Under the pieces are notes generated by a model. That model did not search any database. It saw nothing but the letters and a program-made list of their open reading frames with translations, and had not been told where the DNA came from. A stretch of 64,000 nt of DNA. Origin: Sphingomonadaceae bacterium (GTDB taxonomy: Bacteria; Pseudomonadota; Alphaproteobacteria; Sphingomonadales; Sphingomonadaceae). The stretch covers positions 66,230 to 130,229 of the forward strand of contig CANFXW010000005.1 in assembly GCA_947451145.1 (NCBI GenBank), read 5' to 3'. Of the stretch, positions 27,675 through 37,426 are shown piece by piece (position 1 is the first letter of the stretch; each line of letters begins with the position of its first letter). The translations under genes and the position numbers were made by a program.

Positions 27675-29792
27675 ATGGCCAAACACCCTGCAAAAATCAC
27701 CCTCAGCCCGTCGCGTGACATTCCCTTCGACCATCTGATCCTTTCACAATCCAATGTCCGCCGCGTGAAGGCCGGCGTGTCGATCCCCGAGCTTGCCGAG
27801 GATATCGCGCGCCGGACGTTGCTTCAGAGCCTCAACGTGCGCCCGGTACTTGATGCCGAAGGTCAGGAGACCGGCATCTTCGAAGTTCCGGCCGGTGGCC
27901 GACGCTACCGTGCCCTTGAACATCTGGTGAAACAGAAGCGCCTGGCGCGCACCGCGCCGATTCCCTGCATCGTCAAGGCGGCGGACAATGACGTCTCGGC
28001 GGAAGAAGACAGCTATGCCGAAAACGCGCACCGGGAACAGTTGCATCCGCTCGACCAGTTCCGGGCCATGCAGGCCATGGTCGACAAGGGTAGCGCCGCC
28101 GAAGACATCGCCGCGCATTTCCTGACCACGCCCGCCGTCGTGCGCCAGCGTCTCAAACTGGCGTCGGTCTCGCCCAAACTCCACGACATTTACGCCGAAG
28201 ACGGCATGTCGCTGGACCAGTTGATGGCGTTCACCGTGTCCGAAGACCATGAGCGCCAGGAGCAGGTGTGGGAAATGCTCACCCACAGCTTCAACAAATC
28301 CGCCGCCTACATCCGCCAGCGCCTGACGGAAAACAGCGTCCGGGTTGCCGACAAGCGGGTGCGGTTCGTGTCCGTCGATGCCTATGTCGCGGCTGGCGGC
28401 GGCGTGATGCGCGACCTGTTCGAGGACGATGACGGGGGCTGGCTCACCGATCCCGCACTGCTCGACCGCTTGGTCGACGCGAAACTTGCCGCCGAGGGCA
28501 ACCGCATTGGCACTGAAGGCTGGAAATGGGTGGCGACTGCCGTCGACCTGCCATGGAATGCGACCAACGGACACCGTGAGATCGTTGGCGCAGAATTGCC
28601 CATGACTGAGGACGAGCAGGCAAGGCTCACGGTGCTTCAGGCTGAAATCGAGCAGATCGAGACCGAATGGGCCGACGACCCCAACGTGCCGCAGGACGTC
28701 TATGCGCGGATCGAAGGGCTTGAAACGGAAATCGGCCAGCTGGCCGACCGGCCCATGATTTTTGATCCTGCCGAAATGGCAATCGCCGGTGCCTTTGTGA
28801 CGATCGAGGCGGATGGTTCGCTTTGCATTGAGCGTGGCTATGTCCGAGCCGAAGACGAACCGGTGGCGGAAGTGAGCCGCGAAGACGATGGCTCCGGGGT
28901 CGATCCCGTTTCGGGCGAGCCAATACCTGGCGCAAACCACAACGGGACCGCACCAAGCGCCAGCGGTTCGGCGCCTACCGGAACTGATGCAGAAGATGCC
29001 GACGATGACATCCTCAAGCCGTTGCCCGACCGGCTGGTTGCCGACCTGACCGCCTGGCGCACGCTCGCATTGCAGGATGCCTTTGCCCAAAGCCCCGCCA
29101 CAGCCTTCGCGACGGTGCTGCACGCGCTCGTGCTCGACACCTTCTACAGCTACAGCCGCGAGAGCTGTCTGCAACTGTCGCTCAACCGGGTGTCCTTTGC
29201 CAATCCACCTGCAGGTCTGCGCGACAGTGCTCCCGCGCGGGCCATCGCCGAGCGCATGAAGCGCTGGGAGGATCGACTGCCGGAGTCCGACAAGGAACTC
29301 TGGGACGCGCTTCTGGCCTTCGACGCCGATGAGCAGGCCAGTCTGTTTGCCCATTGCACATCGCTGGCGGTGAACGCGCAGGCCGAGATCGTCCCGAAAT
29401 ACGACAATGGCCGGGTGTCGACGCACAGCGTTGCACGCCGCATCGCTCACAGCCATGTCCTGGCGCATGCTGTTGGTCTTGATGTCGTGGCGGCAGGCTG
29501 GAAGCCCACAGTCGATGGTTATTTCCGCAGCGTGACCAAACCGCGCATTCTTGCCGATGTGACCGAAGCGCGCGGGGAGCAGTTCGCTGGCATGATCGAT
29601 CACCTGAAAAAAGGCGACATGGCCCGCGAGGCGGAACGGCTGCTGGAAGATGCCCACTGGCTTCCAGAGCCGCTGCGGACGCCCGACGCCGACGGTGGTC
29701 ATGGCGCTACGCCTGACGTTGATCGTGAAGGGCTCGAGCTACCCGCGTTCCTTGATGATGACGAGGCGGCTTACGCGATCGCCGCCGAATGA
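27675..29792 (+). CDS. ParB/Srx-domain (ParB-like nuclease/partition) protein
   Basis: Start trimmed to ATG 27675 (MAKHPAKITLSPSRDIPFDHLILSQSNVRRV), preceded by GGAGA. ParB-box-like PAGGRRYRALEHL. 705 aa. Confidence 0.75.
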   Translation: MAKHPAKITLSPSRDIPFDHLILSQSNVRRVKAGVSIPELAEDIARRTLLQSLNVRPVLDAEGQETGIFEVPAGGRRYRALEHLVKQKRLARTAPIPCIVKAADNDVSAEEDSYAENAHREQLHPLDQFRAMQAMVDKGSAAEDIAAHFLTTPAVVRQRLKLASVSPKLHDIYAEDGMSLDQLMAFTVSEDHERQEQVWEMLTHSFNKSAAYIRQRLTENSVRVADKRVRFVSVDAYVAAGGGVMRDLFEDDDGGWLTDPALLDRLVDAKLAAEGNRIGTEGWKWVATAVDLPWNATNGHREIVGAELPMTEDEQARLTVLQAEIEQIETEWADDPNVPQDVYARIEGLETEIGQLADRPMIFDPAEMAIAGAFVTIEADGSLCIERGYVRAEDEPVAEVSREDDGSGVDPVSGEPIPGANHNGTAPSASGSAPTGTDAEDADDDILKPLPDRLVADLTAWRTLALQDAFAQSPATAFATVLHALVLDTFYSYSRESCLQLSLNRVSFANPPAGLRDSAPARAIAERMKRWEDRLPESDKELWDALLAFDADEQASLFAHCTSLAVNAQAEIVPKYDNGRVSTHSVARRIAHSHVLAHAVGLDVVAAGWKPTVDGYFRSVTKPRILADVTEARGEQFAGMIDHLKKGDMAREAERLLEDAHWLPEPLRTPDADGGHGATPDVDREGLELPAFLDDDEAAYAIAAE

Positions 29793-29926
29793 TCCGAACC
29801 GCGCGGGTTCAACATCCCGATTGTTTTTATCTCACTCAGGCCCGGCCACCACGCCGGGCCGCCTCTTTTTGAGGAGACCTCACATGCCGAAAACCAGTGC
29901 TCCCGTGCCCTGCTGGGGAGGACGCC

Positions 29927-30433
29927 ATGGCTGACTATCATTCACCAACGGTCGTGCAACCCGACATACCAGTCGCGGCAATGACCCCGCTCGAACGCCG
30001 TTTGCTCTGCGAACTGTTCGAGCATGAAGGCAATGACCAAGCGGTCTACTTTTTCGCCAGCGATAATGTCGCCGACACGGCTTGGATCGCGACCGCTGAG
30101 CTGGTCGAATTACTCGGTCAGGATAATGGCATGGTCAGTCGCATCGCTGACGTGGTGCGCGCGGAAATCGCCAAGGGTGATCTTGGCGAAGACGAGTTCG
30201 AGCTCGATTTCTCGATGATCGGCTATGACCTGATCTTCCAGGACATTGTGCGGCGATCGCCTGACCTTGACCATGTGCAGATCATCGCAGCGTGGACTTG
30301 CACGAAGATGCGGCCCGACGGCTTTGGCGGGATGGCGACCGTCATAACGGCTGACGAGGTCCATTCGATGTCGACCGCGTCCTACATCGAAGAGGTGCTC
30401 GGGCGTTTGGGCGAGCCACCGCCCTCCACCTGA
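29927..30433 (+). CDS. Conserved-looking hypothetical protein (ICE backbone)
   Basis: 168 aa from ATG 29927, preceded by GGAGGA. Balanced amino-acid composition. No motif recognised. Confidence 0.5.
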   Translation: MADYHSPTVVQPDIPVAAMTPLERRLLCELFEHEGNDQAVYFFASDNVADTAWIATAELVELLGQDNGMVSRIADVVRAEIAKGDLGEDEFELDFSMIGYDLIFQDIVRRSPDLDHVQIIAAWTCTKMRPDGFGGMATVITADEVHSMSTASYIEEVLGRLGEPPPST

Positions 30434-30504
30434 AATTTCCCGTCCAATCATCCCACGAAGCCCGGCCATTGCGCCGGGTTTTCGCGTTTTAAGGAGACCT
30501 GAAA

Positions 30505-30981
30505 ATGTCAGCGCAATACATCTACGACACCGCCCCCTTGGGCAGCCTCATCCACTATTCGAATGGCGCCCCGCGCCCGCCCGAGCGTTTCCGCCGCAAA
30601 CTTGCCGCTTGGGACAACGACAATGGCACCGGTCGGCTCGTTGAACGCTACCCCGGCCAGGTTACCGATAACTACCGTTCGCCGGCGCATTTCATGCTCC
30701 ATCTGGCAACCTACGGCAGTCAGGGCGTCATCGTCATGACCGTGCGCCGCGCCTACAGCGTCGAGAGCCCGCTCAATTTCGAGATCATCGATACGCCAAA
30801 GCCTGGTCAAGTCCGCGTCTTGACCACGTTTCGGGGCAAGGACGAATTGCGCCACCTCGCAGCCGACATGGAATCGGCAGAAGCATGGATGCGCGACAAT
30901 CTCTATTCCGGGATGCGCGCCGAGATTGTGACCGACGCTGATCTGGCCGTTCTGCCCTCTGAACTCAGGAGGGCGGCATGA
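30505..30981 (+). CDS. Hypothetical protein (ICE backbone)
   Basis: 158 aa. AAGGAGA Shine-Dalgarno 8 nt upstream. Its stop overlaps the next start (ATGA). Confidence 0.5.
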   Translation: MSAQYIYDTAPLGSLIHYSNGAPRPPERFRRKLAAWDNDNGTGRLVERYPGQVTDNYRSPAHFMLHLATYGSQGVIVMTVRRAYSVESPLNFEIIDTPKPGQVRVLTTFRGKDELRHLAADMESAEAWMRDNLYSGMRAEIVTDADLAVLPSELRRAA

Positions 30982-31778
30982 ACGACATCATCGTCGAACA
31001 TGGCACGACCAGCGACGGCCTTATGGCCGCACGGGTCGATGGGCTCGCCTATATCGCCATTCCGCTCAAGGAAGGCTTCTCGATCGTGTCCGGCTGGAAG
31101 CTCAACCGGCCGATTGGCGAATGGTCCCGGTCAGATGTTTATTGTGCCGAAGGCGCCGTGGCTGATGAAGTCTCCTTCCGCGCCTATATTGCCGACATCG
31201 CGCTACATGTCCGCCAGCGCAACGCGCTCGGCCGCGTCGATACGATCCTGCGCGTTTCCACGCCTTGGGGTATGTCTCAATCGGCGACCATCTACGCTGA
31301 GGGGATCGTCTTTCATTCCACTGCTGGTCATGGCGGCTTCAAGCTCGACCGGGCACGCAATGCGGGGATGGATCCCGTGTTGCGACTATCTGGCGGCTGG
31401 TATGAAGAAGACGCCGAATGGGCGCTCGTCGCCGCAGGTTACCCGGACCTGTTCACCTACCGCGAACAGGCTACGGCAGACAGGTCGTTGCGAGATTGGT
31501 ATCCTGATGCTTGGGAGGCCCTCCATGGCCGCGAGTTGTCAGCGGCAGAATCTTTCACCCGCGACCGCCAGCAGTTTGCCCGCCGCCACGCAAAGGATTG
31601 GGTGGTCATTTCTGCCGCTCGATCATCCGATCACTCTGGCATGGTTGAGGCGCTGGCCACCGTCGGAGGGGATCGGAATAGCCAAGAAACGCGACGATTT
31701 CTGGTGCGGGTCGGAGAATATGCAGCCGGACGCCATGGATTTGTCATTGTGCCAGCCGTCCACCAAGCCATTTCGTAA
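30978..31778 (+). CDS. Hypothetical protein, possibly DUF7007-like (ICE backbone)
   Basis: 266 aa. STPWGMSQSATIYAEGIVFHSTAGHGGFKLD...GWYEEDAEWALV. Preferred over the overlapping Arg/Ser/Pro-rich frame 31000..31839. Confidence 0.5.
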   Translation: MNDIIVEHGTTSDGLMAARVDGLAYIAIPLKEGFSIVSGWKLNRPIGEWSRSDVYCAEGAVADEVSFRAYIADIALHVRQRNALGRVDTILRVSTPWGMSQSATIYAEGIVFHSTAGHGGFKLDRARNAGMDPVLRLSGGWYEEDAEWALVAAGYPDLFTYREQATADRSLRDWYPDAWEALHGRELSAAESFTRDRQQFARRHAKDWVVISAARSSDHSGMVEALATVGGDRNSQETRRFLVRVGEYAAGRHGFVIVPAVHQAIS

Positions 31779-32024
31779 GCCTCGTTTGTGCTTGAAGTGC
31801 TGTGAATTGCTTGCGGGAAAATCTGGGTTCCAAAACTAGTCGGGGCCCGTTTGCTCGACTGCGCAAATTTCGTCAGAAGCATTTAGCTCGACCACGCTCC
31901 CGGCCCTGCCTCATTTGGAATGTCAGACGGGCGATCACTTGCTGGTTGGCCCCGCCACTATCACAGGAAAAGCGCGCGCAGTTTTCGACAAAATAAGTTG
32001 CATAACGCGAAAAATCATATATCG

Positions 32025-32045
32025 ATTCCTTCATAACGAAGGAAT
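32025..32045 (+). promoter_or_regulatory. Perfect 8-bp inverted repeat overlapping the Shine-Dalgarno of the first cargo-C gene (operator or SD-sequestering hairpin)
   Basis: ATTCCTTC-ataac-GAAGGAAT read directly. The right arm contains AAGGA 9 nt before ATG 32053. CATAACG is repeated at 32001-32007 and 32032-32038. AT-rich leader. Confidence 0.4.
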
Positions 32046-32052
32046 TTAGCTT

Positions 32053-32754
32053 ATGATCGACATCCGCAAGACGCTGGTTGAAGCATTGCCAAAGAATCTC
32101 CTCCTCGACCTAGAGGATCGGTTGCGCGCAGCTGCGTTGCACGCGTTCGATGTTGTCCAGCAGGAGTTGCCGCTCAATCGGAAGCGCAGCCGTGAAGCCG
32201 AAGGGCAGATTCGCTTCCGTCTTCAGGAGCAGGCCTATGAGGAGGTTGTGCGCGAACATGGCGGGGATCTGCTTGTCGATGGCGTGATGGTGGGAACCGA
32301 TCTCAAGGTATTCCAGCCCTTTGCGCGTTTCGCCGGTTCGAAAGCTGGTATTATCCTGGGCTTCGCGGCCATGCCCGAGCCGCGCAAGATCCCGCCGAAG
32401 AATCAATCGCGTGCTGCCGGTGTGACATTGAACGTCAGTCTGCAGCCAAGCCTGCTGGACGATGGCAAGAGCCCCCGGTCCTCAGACATCTTTGCGCTTT
32501 TCCTGACGGCTCGTGACCGTGAGCGCGCCGGACGAATTGAAGAAATTGCGATTGGCGTGATCGGGTCCGACTATAAGGACTTCATCTTCTATGAGTCGCT
32601 CGAGGCTTTTCTCGGTGGCTATGCCGAAGTGCCTGCCACGCCTGACCATGGCGGGAAGGGCGGGGCTGCAGTCAAGCTACGTGCGACCCGCAAGCCGTTT
32701 GTGCCGCCAGAGGTGCGTCCCGACACTGAGGTTGGCGACCGCATCGCAGAATAA
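32053..32754 (+). CDS. Hypothetical protein (233 aa), first gene of cargo block C
   Basis: ORF with a good SD. No motif recognised. Sits directly upstream of the XRE-ImmA/IrrE gene. Confidence 0.5.
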   Translation: MIDIRKTLVEALPKNLLLDLEDRLRAAALHAFDVVQQELPLNRKRSREAEGQIRFRLQEQAYEEVVREHGGDLLVDGVMVGTDLKVFQPFARFAGSKAGIILGFAAMPEPRKIPPKNQSRAAGVTLNVSLQPSLLDDGKSPRSSDIFALFLTARDRERAGRIEEIAIGVIGSDYKDFIFYESLEAFLGGYAEVPATPDHGGKGGAAVKLRATRKPFVPPEVRPDTEVGDRIAE

Positions 32755-32828
32755 ATCGGGCGTAGAAGTTGCACTTTAGTGTGTTCGCTCCGCGCCTTCC
32801 CGGCGCGGAGCTTTAAGGATTCTGGCAT

Positions 32829-34043
32829 ATGCGCATTGGCACTCCAGGCTTCGTCCCAGCGCGACTTACCGAAGCGCGTGAGGCGCGGCGAATTGCGACC
32901 AAATCGGCGCTGGCTCGACGGATCGGCGTCAGCCCAACATCTGTCTCGCGTTGGGAAGATGAAGGGTCTGAACAGACGCCCGACTATCCGACGCTCGTTC
33001 GTCTTGCGGGTGAACTGCAGGTTCGCCCTGAATTTTTCCTCCGTCCCACATTCCAAAGCGAGCGCCCAACCTTTTTGCGCTCGCTGGCGAGCACGCTGCA
33101 GCGCGATCTGAATTTCCAAAAGTCACAAATGCATTGGCTTCAGGAAGCAAGTTATGTTGTCAGCCATTACGTCGATTTGCCGGATGTTGATATTCCCGAT
33201 GTGCTCGAAGGGGCGAGCTACACTCAGCTTCGCGACGACGACATCGAGGCGATCGCTTTGCGGCTACGCAATCATTGGAACATGGGCGAAGGGCCATGCG
33301 GCGACATGGTTGCACTCATGGAGCGTGTCGGAATCGTCGTGGCCGCGATTCCGATGAATACGACCAAGCTGGATGGTCTGTGCAGCTGGTCGCCCGTCGA
33401 TGGGCGTCCCCATGTGCTGCTCGCGACAGACAAAATGTCGTTTCCCCGCCGCCAGATGGATGCTGCCCATGAGTTGGCCCATGCGGTTCTGCATCAAGCG
33501 GTCCCAGAAGAAGAGTTCCAGGACAATCTTCGCATGATTGAGCAGCAGGCGTTTCGCCTTGGCAGCGCATTTCTCATGCCCTCTTCCACTTACCCTCATG
33601 AAGTTCGGCATGCATCGCTTGCCATGCTGACCAGCCTCAAGGAGCGGTGGCGGGTTTCGATTAAAGCGCAGATTAAACGGCTTGCCGATCTGGACGTGAT
33701 CCCTGAGGATCACGCGCGTCAACTCTATAAGTTGTATTCGGCGAAAGGCTGGTCGAGAGGCGAGCCGCTTGATCAGCACTGGCCCGTGCCGGCACCAAAG
33801 GCTCTGCACGATAGTCTCAATCTGATCGTCGATAATGCTGTACGCGGCAAGGCTGATCTGATGGCTACCGAGTTCATTATTTCGGAATCCGACGTTGAGC
33901 TTCTTTGCGGTTTGCCTTGCGGCTGGTTCGAACGCGATGGTGCCGAAGTGGTCTCATTGAAGATCCGAGAAAACATGATACCGCCAAGGATCGACGGAGC
34001 GGCTGAGATCATACCCTTTCCAGATCGACGTTCGCCTCGCTGA
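32829..34043 (+). CDS. XRE-family HTH fused to ImmA/IrrE (COG2856) zinc metallopeptidase domain
   Basis: 404 aa. N-terminal HTH LTEAREARRIATKSALARRIGVSPTSVSRWE. HExxH motif AAHELAHAVLH at 33468-33482. Confidence 0.8.
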   Translation: MRIGTPGFVPARLTEAREARRIATKSALARRIGVSPTSVSRWEDEGSEQTPDYPTLVRLAGELQVRPEFFLRPTFQSERPTFLRSLASTLQRDLNFQKSQMHWLQEASYVVSHYVDLPDVDIPDVLEGASYTQLRDDDIEAIALRLRNHWNMGEGPCGDMVALMERVGIVVAAIPMNTTKLDGLCSWSPVDGRPHVLLATDKMSFPRRQMDAAHELAHAVLHQAVPEEEFQDNLRMIEQQAFRLGSAFLMPSSTYPHEVRHASLAMLTSLKERWRVSIKAQIKRLADLDVIPEDHARQLYKLYSAKGWSRGEPLDQHWPVPAPKALHDSLNLIVDNAVRGKADLMATEFIISESDVELLCGLPCGWFERDGAEVVSLKIRENMIPPRIDGAAEIIPFPDRRSPR

Positions 34044-34271
34044 GGCGATAATAGGTTAGCAGACGGGGCGGCTAATAGGCGGTGGCTTGTTCTGGTACCA
34101 GCCATTCTGTTTTTTCCGGACAGCTTATCGCCAATCAATTGAAGCCTTTTACCTAGCTCACCAGTTGCATGGGCTTCTTGTTGGCGTTGCCATGCAGCTC
34201 GGAAGGAGTTGAAGAACCATTCCCGCAAAAGCGCGATCGTTTCATTGGTGAAGTTATAACCTATATTCAGT

Positions 34272-35186
34272 GTGAACACAGTTGAAGTGAAGGGCCTGCC
34301 AGTGAGTCTTACTATGCCAACAAAATGGCGTTTCGGATCGCCGGGCGAACTGAACCAGCAGACCGTAAATGCATTCAACTCGCTCATCCACACAATCGCC
34401 ACCCAAGCCGATTCCACATGGGAAATCCTCGAGCTCTTCAAGGCGAAGTTCAACGGCGGTGCCAGCTGGAGCTCCAGCGAAAGCTGGGCGGTGGGTGACC
34501 TCCACAATGCCATGAACGGCGCGGCTGACAATGCCGCGACCTTCATCGCCGCCTTTTGGGACGGCTGCGAACAGGTCCATCGCGAGCATTCCACCATCGG
34601 CCTGCCAGACGTCGACATCATCAACCAGATTCTGTTCGAGCATGACGTCCCCTACGAGGTGCGGCCGCCCGAGCTCTTACCCCGCAATCCTCAGACCCCT
34701 ATCCCGGTCCAGACACCGCAGCGATCCATTGGCGAGCAGGCCGTTGCATTGGTCCACGCATCGCTCGATCAAGCCGACCGTCTGCTCCTCGAGCAACGCC
34801 CGCGGCCTGCGGTCCAAGAGATTCTCTGGCTGCTTGAGACGGTCGCCACCGCCTTCCAGGGCCTAGATACCGGGACAGGCACCATCGAGGGCAAATACTT
34901 TAACGAGATCATTCGCAATCTGCGCAACCACCACCGCGGCGGCGCGCTTGCCGAGGCCTTAGGTTGGATGACCAAGATGCACGGCTTTCTCTCATCACCC
35001 ACGGGTGGGGGCGTGCGTCACGGCACCCAAATGGCGGTCGACGTCTCACCGACGCTCAAGGAGGCGCATCTCTACTGCAACCTCACCCGCAGCTATATCA
35101 ACTATCTGCTCGCCGAGGCGGCGGACGCTTTGCCCGTTCAGCCCGTGAGCAGCTCGCCGTTCGGCGCGCCTGCCTGGAGGAGGTGA
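34272..35186 (+). CDS. Hypothetical protein with candidate C-terminal HEPN (Abi_C/AbiJ-like) domain
   Basis: 304 aa from GTG 34272 (ATG alternative at 34314). R-x4-H motif IIRNLRNHH at 34914-34931, preceded by a helical AVQEILWLLETVATAF segment. A downstream GGGVRHG is also present. Confidence 0.45.
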   Translation: MNTVEVKGLPVSLTMPTKWRFGSPGELNQQTVNAFNSLIHTIATQADSTWEILELFKAKFNGGASWSSSESWAVGDLHNAMNGAADNAATFIAAFWDGCEQVHREHSTIGLPDVDIINQILFEHDVPYEVRPPELLPRNPQTPIPVQTPQRSIGEQAVALVHASLDQADRLLLEQRPRPAVQEILWLLETVATAFQGLDTGTGTIEGKYFNEIIRNLRNHHRGGALAEALGWMTKMHGFLSSPTGGGVRHGTQMAVDVSPTLKEAHLYCNLTRSYINYLLAEAADALPVQPVSSSPFGAPAWRR

Positions 35187-35229
35187 CCTTGCATGTTGCC
35201 CTGCATGGCCTCTTCGCAGGGGCTGGGAT

Positions 35230-36369
35230 GTGATTTCGCTTGATGACTATGCGTCGGCGGTCCGGCGATATGCTGAGGCAGTCACAGGGCATGGCGATCA
35301 GCTCGAGCTGTACATCGACGGCCTTGTCGGCGATCCCGATGCTGAGAATTGCGTCTCGCTGCGAGCGATGGTCAGCACGCAGGAGGAAATGACCTTACGC
35401 CGGGGCTATCTTGAGATCGGCTATTTCCAACGAGCCGCGGCGGATCGCCGGCTTGCTTGGTGGCTCTTCTATTTCGACATCGCACACGAATTCGAAAACC
35501 TGTCGCTCGAGCGAAGTTGCGAGCTTTACTCTAAGGTTCATCCCCTCTTTCAGGGCACCCCATCCCTGTTTGCGAAGATCCGGCGCACGATCCCGGCAAA
35601 TGGCAAAAGCTTGGGGGTGCCCGATTTGGAGCTGATCGATGAGAAAGCAATCAAGCCCATCGAGGAAAGCGAGCTCGTTGCACTCAACCCTGGCTATGGC
35701 CAACTCGTCGCTTCCCTCCACCGAACGATCCCGGCTTTGGCGCGCCAGCTTTATCCGGACGCGCCGCGCTTCGTACGTCTTGATCCGCATTTTTGGTCCG
35801 CAAACCAGCCGTTCATGCGCCTAGAAGAGGTCGCCATCGCACCGGCCGATCCGACCTGGATGGCACAGCTCTCGCTGCCTCCGCGCACGGACACGTTCGC
35901 AGCTTACCTTCTCGAAGATTGCGATCCTAAAGCCAACATGGCGCAGTATCGTGATTATCACGTTCGTGGCATCCGCAAGCTGGAGGTGGTCGCGACCCGG
36001 CGCCGCGAGGACTACCTCTCGATGATGATCGAAGAGCTACCCCGCGACGACGACCCCAATGGACTGATGGTAGGGCGCTGCATTCATCTCGACACCCATG
36101 CGCGCTCCGGTACATCGAAGGGCGACGCGCGTCTTGCCCATCTCGATCTTGCCATCAACGTTTATCGTGGCGTCGACCGCGCGGCGCGCATAGCCAACAC
36201 GCTTCAGCACGGCAAAGCACAAGATGCGACATACCGGACGCACCTCTATCGCATCGAGGATGTCCCCTTTCCGGCGCTGTTTGTATTTGCCGCGCTCTTC
36301 CTGAAATCAAGGACCCTTCTAGGCGAATGGCTTGACGATCTGAACCTGCCGCGACCGCCAATGGTCTGA
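35230..36369 (+). CDS. Hypothetical protein (379 aa)
   Basis: ORF from GTG 35230 (start uncertain). Balanced composition. No catalytic or NTP-binding motif recognised. Confidence 0.45.
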   Translation: MISLDDYASAVRRYAEAVTGHGDQLELYIDGLVGDPDAENCVSLRAMVSTQEEMTLRRGYLEIGYFQRAAADRRLAWWLFYFDIAHEFENLSLERSCELYSKVHPLFQGTPSLFAKIRRTIPANGKSLGVPDLELIDEKAIKPIEESELVALNPGYGQLVASLHRTIPALARQLYPDAPRFVRLDPHFWSANQPFMRLEEVAIAPADPTWMAQLSLPPRTDTFAAYLLEDCDPKANMAQYRDYHVRGIRKLEVVATRRREDYLSMMIEELPRDDDPNGLMVGRCIHLDTHARSGTSKGDARLAHLDLAINVYRGVDRAARIANTLQHGKAQDATYRTHLYRIEDVPFPALFVFAALFLKSRTLLGEWLDDLNLPRPPMV

Positions 36370-36448
36370 TCATCAGCGAAAAAGTTTAGTGTGATTAAGA
36401 ACAATGCCGCCTGTTTGAGAGCTGGTTTGAGAAGGAGATCGACGGAAC

Positions 36449-37426
36449 ATGAGAGAAAGCCTGCGAAATCGTGTTCGTTTCCTAGACCAGAAGGTCATTG
36501 ACGCAAATGATCTTGTGCCGAATCAGCCAGGGGGTATTCAAAATCTGATTTACAGAACCCAGGATCCTGCACTGAAGTGGATCGAGAACGCCACTTCGCG
36601 CATCGGCGACTGGCGCGCGTCCGAGCGAAGCGTTTTTATGCGTTGGGCGATTACAATTAACGCGCTGCATGTAGCACGAGACCGTTACCGAGATTCGCCA
36701 GACATACTCCTTACCATCGACACCCTCCGCACTGCGAACGGACGGACTGAGCGTGTGCACATGGCAGGCTGGAGTGGTGAGGAGGCGGCGGGTAACCACG
36801 AGGCCACCATTCCAATGATGGCCGCCTACGCCGTTCAGGACATGTATGGAATCGTTGAGGAAATCGTCCTCGAGCTCTACGAAGTCTTCGTGCGCGGTAA
36901 TCCGCTTTTCCTCATGAAAGGGGACGATTACAAGCCACTACGCGCCGCGTTCCGTGCGATGGGCGATGGCGAAGCAGAGCGTGTTGCGTTCGAGGCGATG
37001 TGGGAGGATCGAATTGCGGGTTGGCGCCGTAATCGGACCTTCGATGGTCTTCACAAGGTCTTCGCAAGCTTCTGGGCCTCTGCTGGGCTAAATCGTCCCA
37101 GCAGCTATAGCCTGACGGACGTCGCCGATTGGCAGCGTGTCATGGAGACCATTGGAGAGGTCCGGCATCTCGTCACTCATGGCGAAGACAAGGTTTCGAA
37201 GCGTCTCGGTGACCTCTGCGCCGCCCAACCGAACCTTGGAATGACATTCAAAGAGGGGGAACCGCTAGAAGTGAAGCTGATGGATCTCTGGATCGTCGAG
37301 CATTTCATCGATCAGCTGCTGAACGCGATCAACATCAGTCTGCTCGAGAAGGCTGTTGGACCGCTGCCCCCGCCCGGCGGCGCTAAGCCCGATCAGGCCG
37401 GAACACCTGCGGCGACAGAGATGTAA
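36449..37426 (+). CDS. HEPN-domain protein (candidate RNase)
   Basis: 325 aa. GAAGGAGA SD upstream. R-x4-H motif METIGEVRHLVTHGEDKV (R239..H244 = 37163-37180) in a helical C-terminal half. Its stop TAA is immediately followed by the next ATG. Confidence 0.55.
   Translation: MRESLRNRVRFLDQKVIDANDLVPNQPGGIQNLIYRTQDPALKWIENATSRIGDWRASERSVFMRWAITINALHVARDRYRDSPDILLTIDTLRTANGRTERVHMAGWSGEEAAGNHEATIPMMAAYAVQDMYGIVEEIVLELYEVFVRGNPLFLMKGDDYKPLRAAFRAMGDGEAERVAFEAMWEDRIAGWRRNRTFDGLHKVFASFWASAGLNRPSSYSLTDVADWQRVMETIGEVRHLVTHGEDKVSKRLGDLCAAQPNLGMTFKEGEPLEVKLMDLWIVEHFIDQLLNAINISLLEKAVGPLPPPGGAKPDQAGTPAATEM

Noticed and set aside
31000-31839. 279-aa ORF overlapping 30978..31778 in another plus-strand frame
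   Set aside because: Its translation is Ser/Arg/Pro-rich and looks off-frame. The 30978 frame has balanced composition, a conserved-looking core (HSTAGHGGFKLD) and ATGA coupling to the upstream gene.
33773-34624. 283-aa minus-strand ORF spanning the spacer between the XRE-ImmA gene and the AbiJ-like gene
   Set aside because: It would overlap ~270 nt of the XRE-ImmA gene and ~350 nt of the next gene in antisense, and it has no recognisable motif. The 228-nt spacer is better explained as a promoter region. A small real minus-strand gene confined to 34044-34270 cannot be excluded without expression data.
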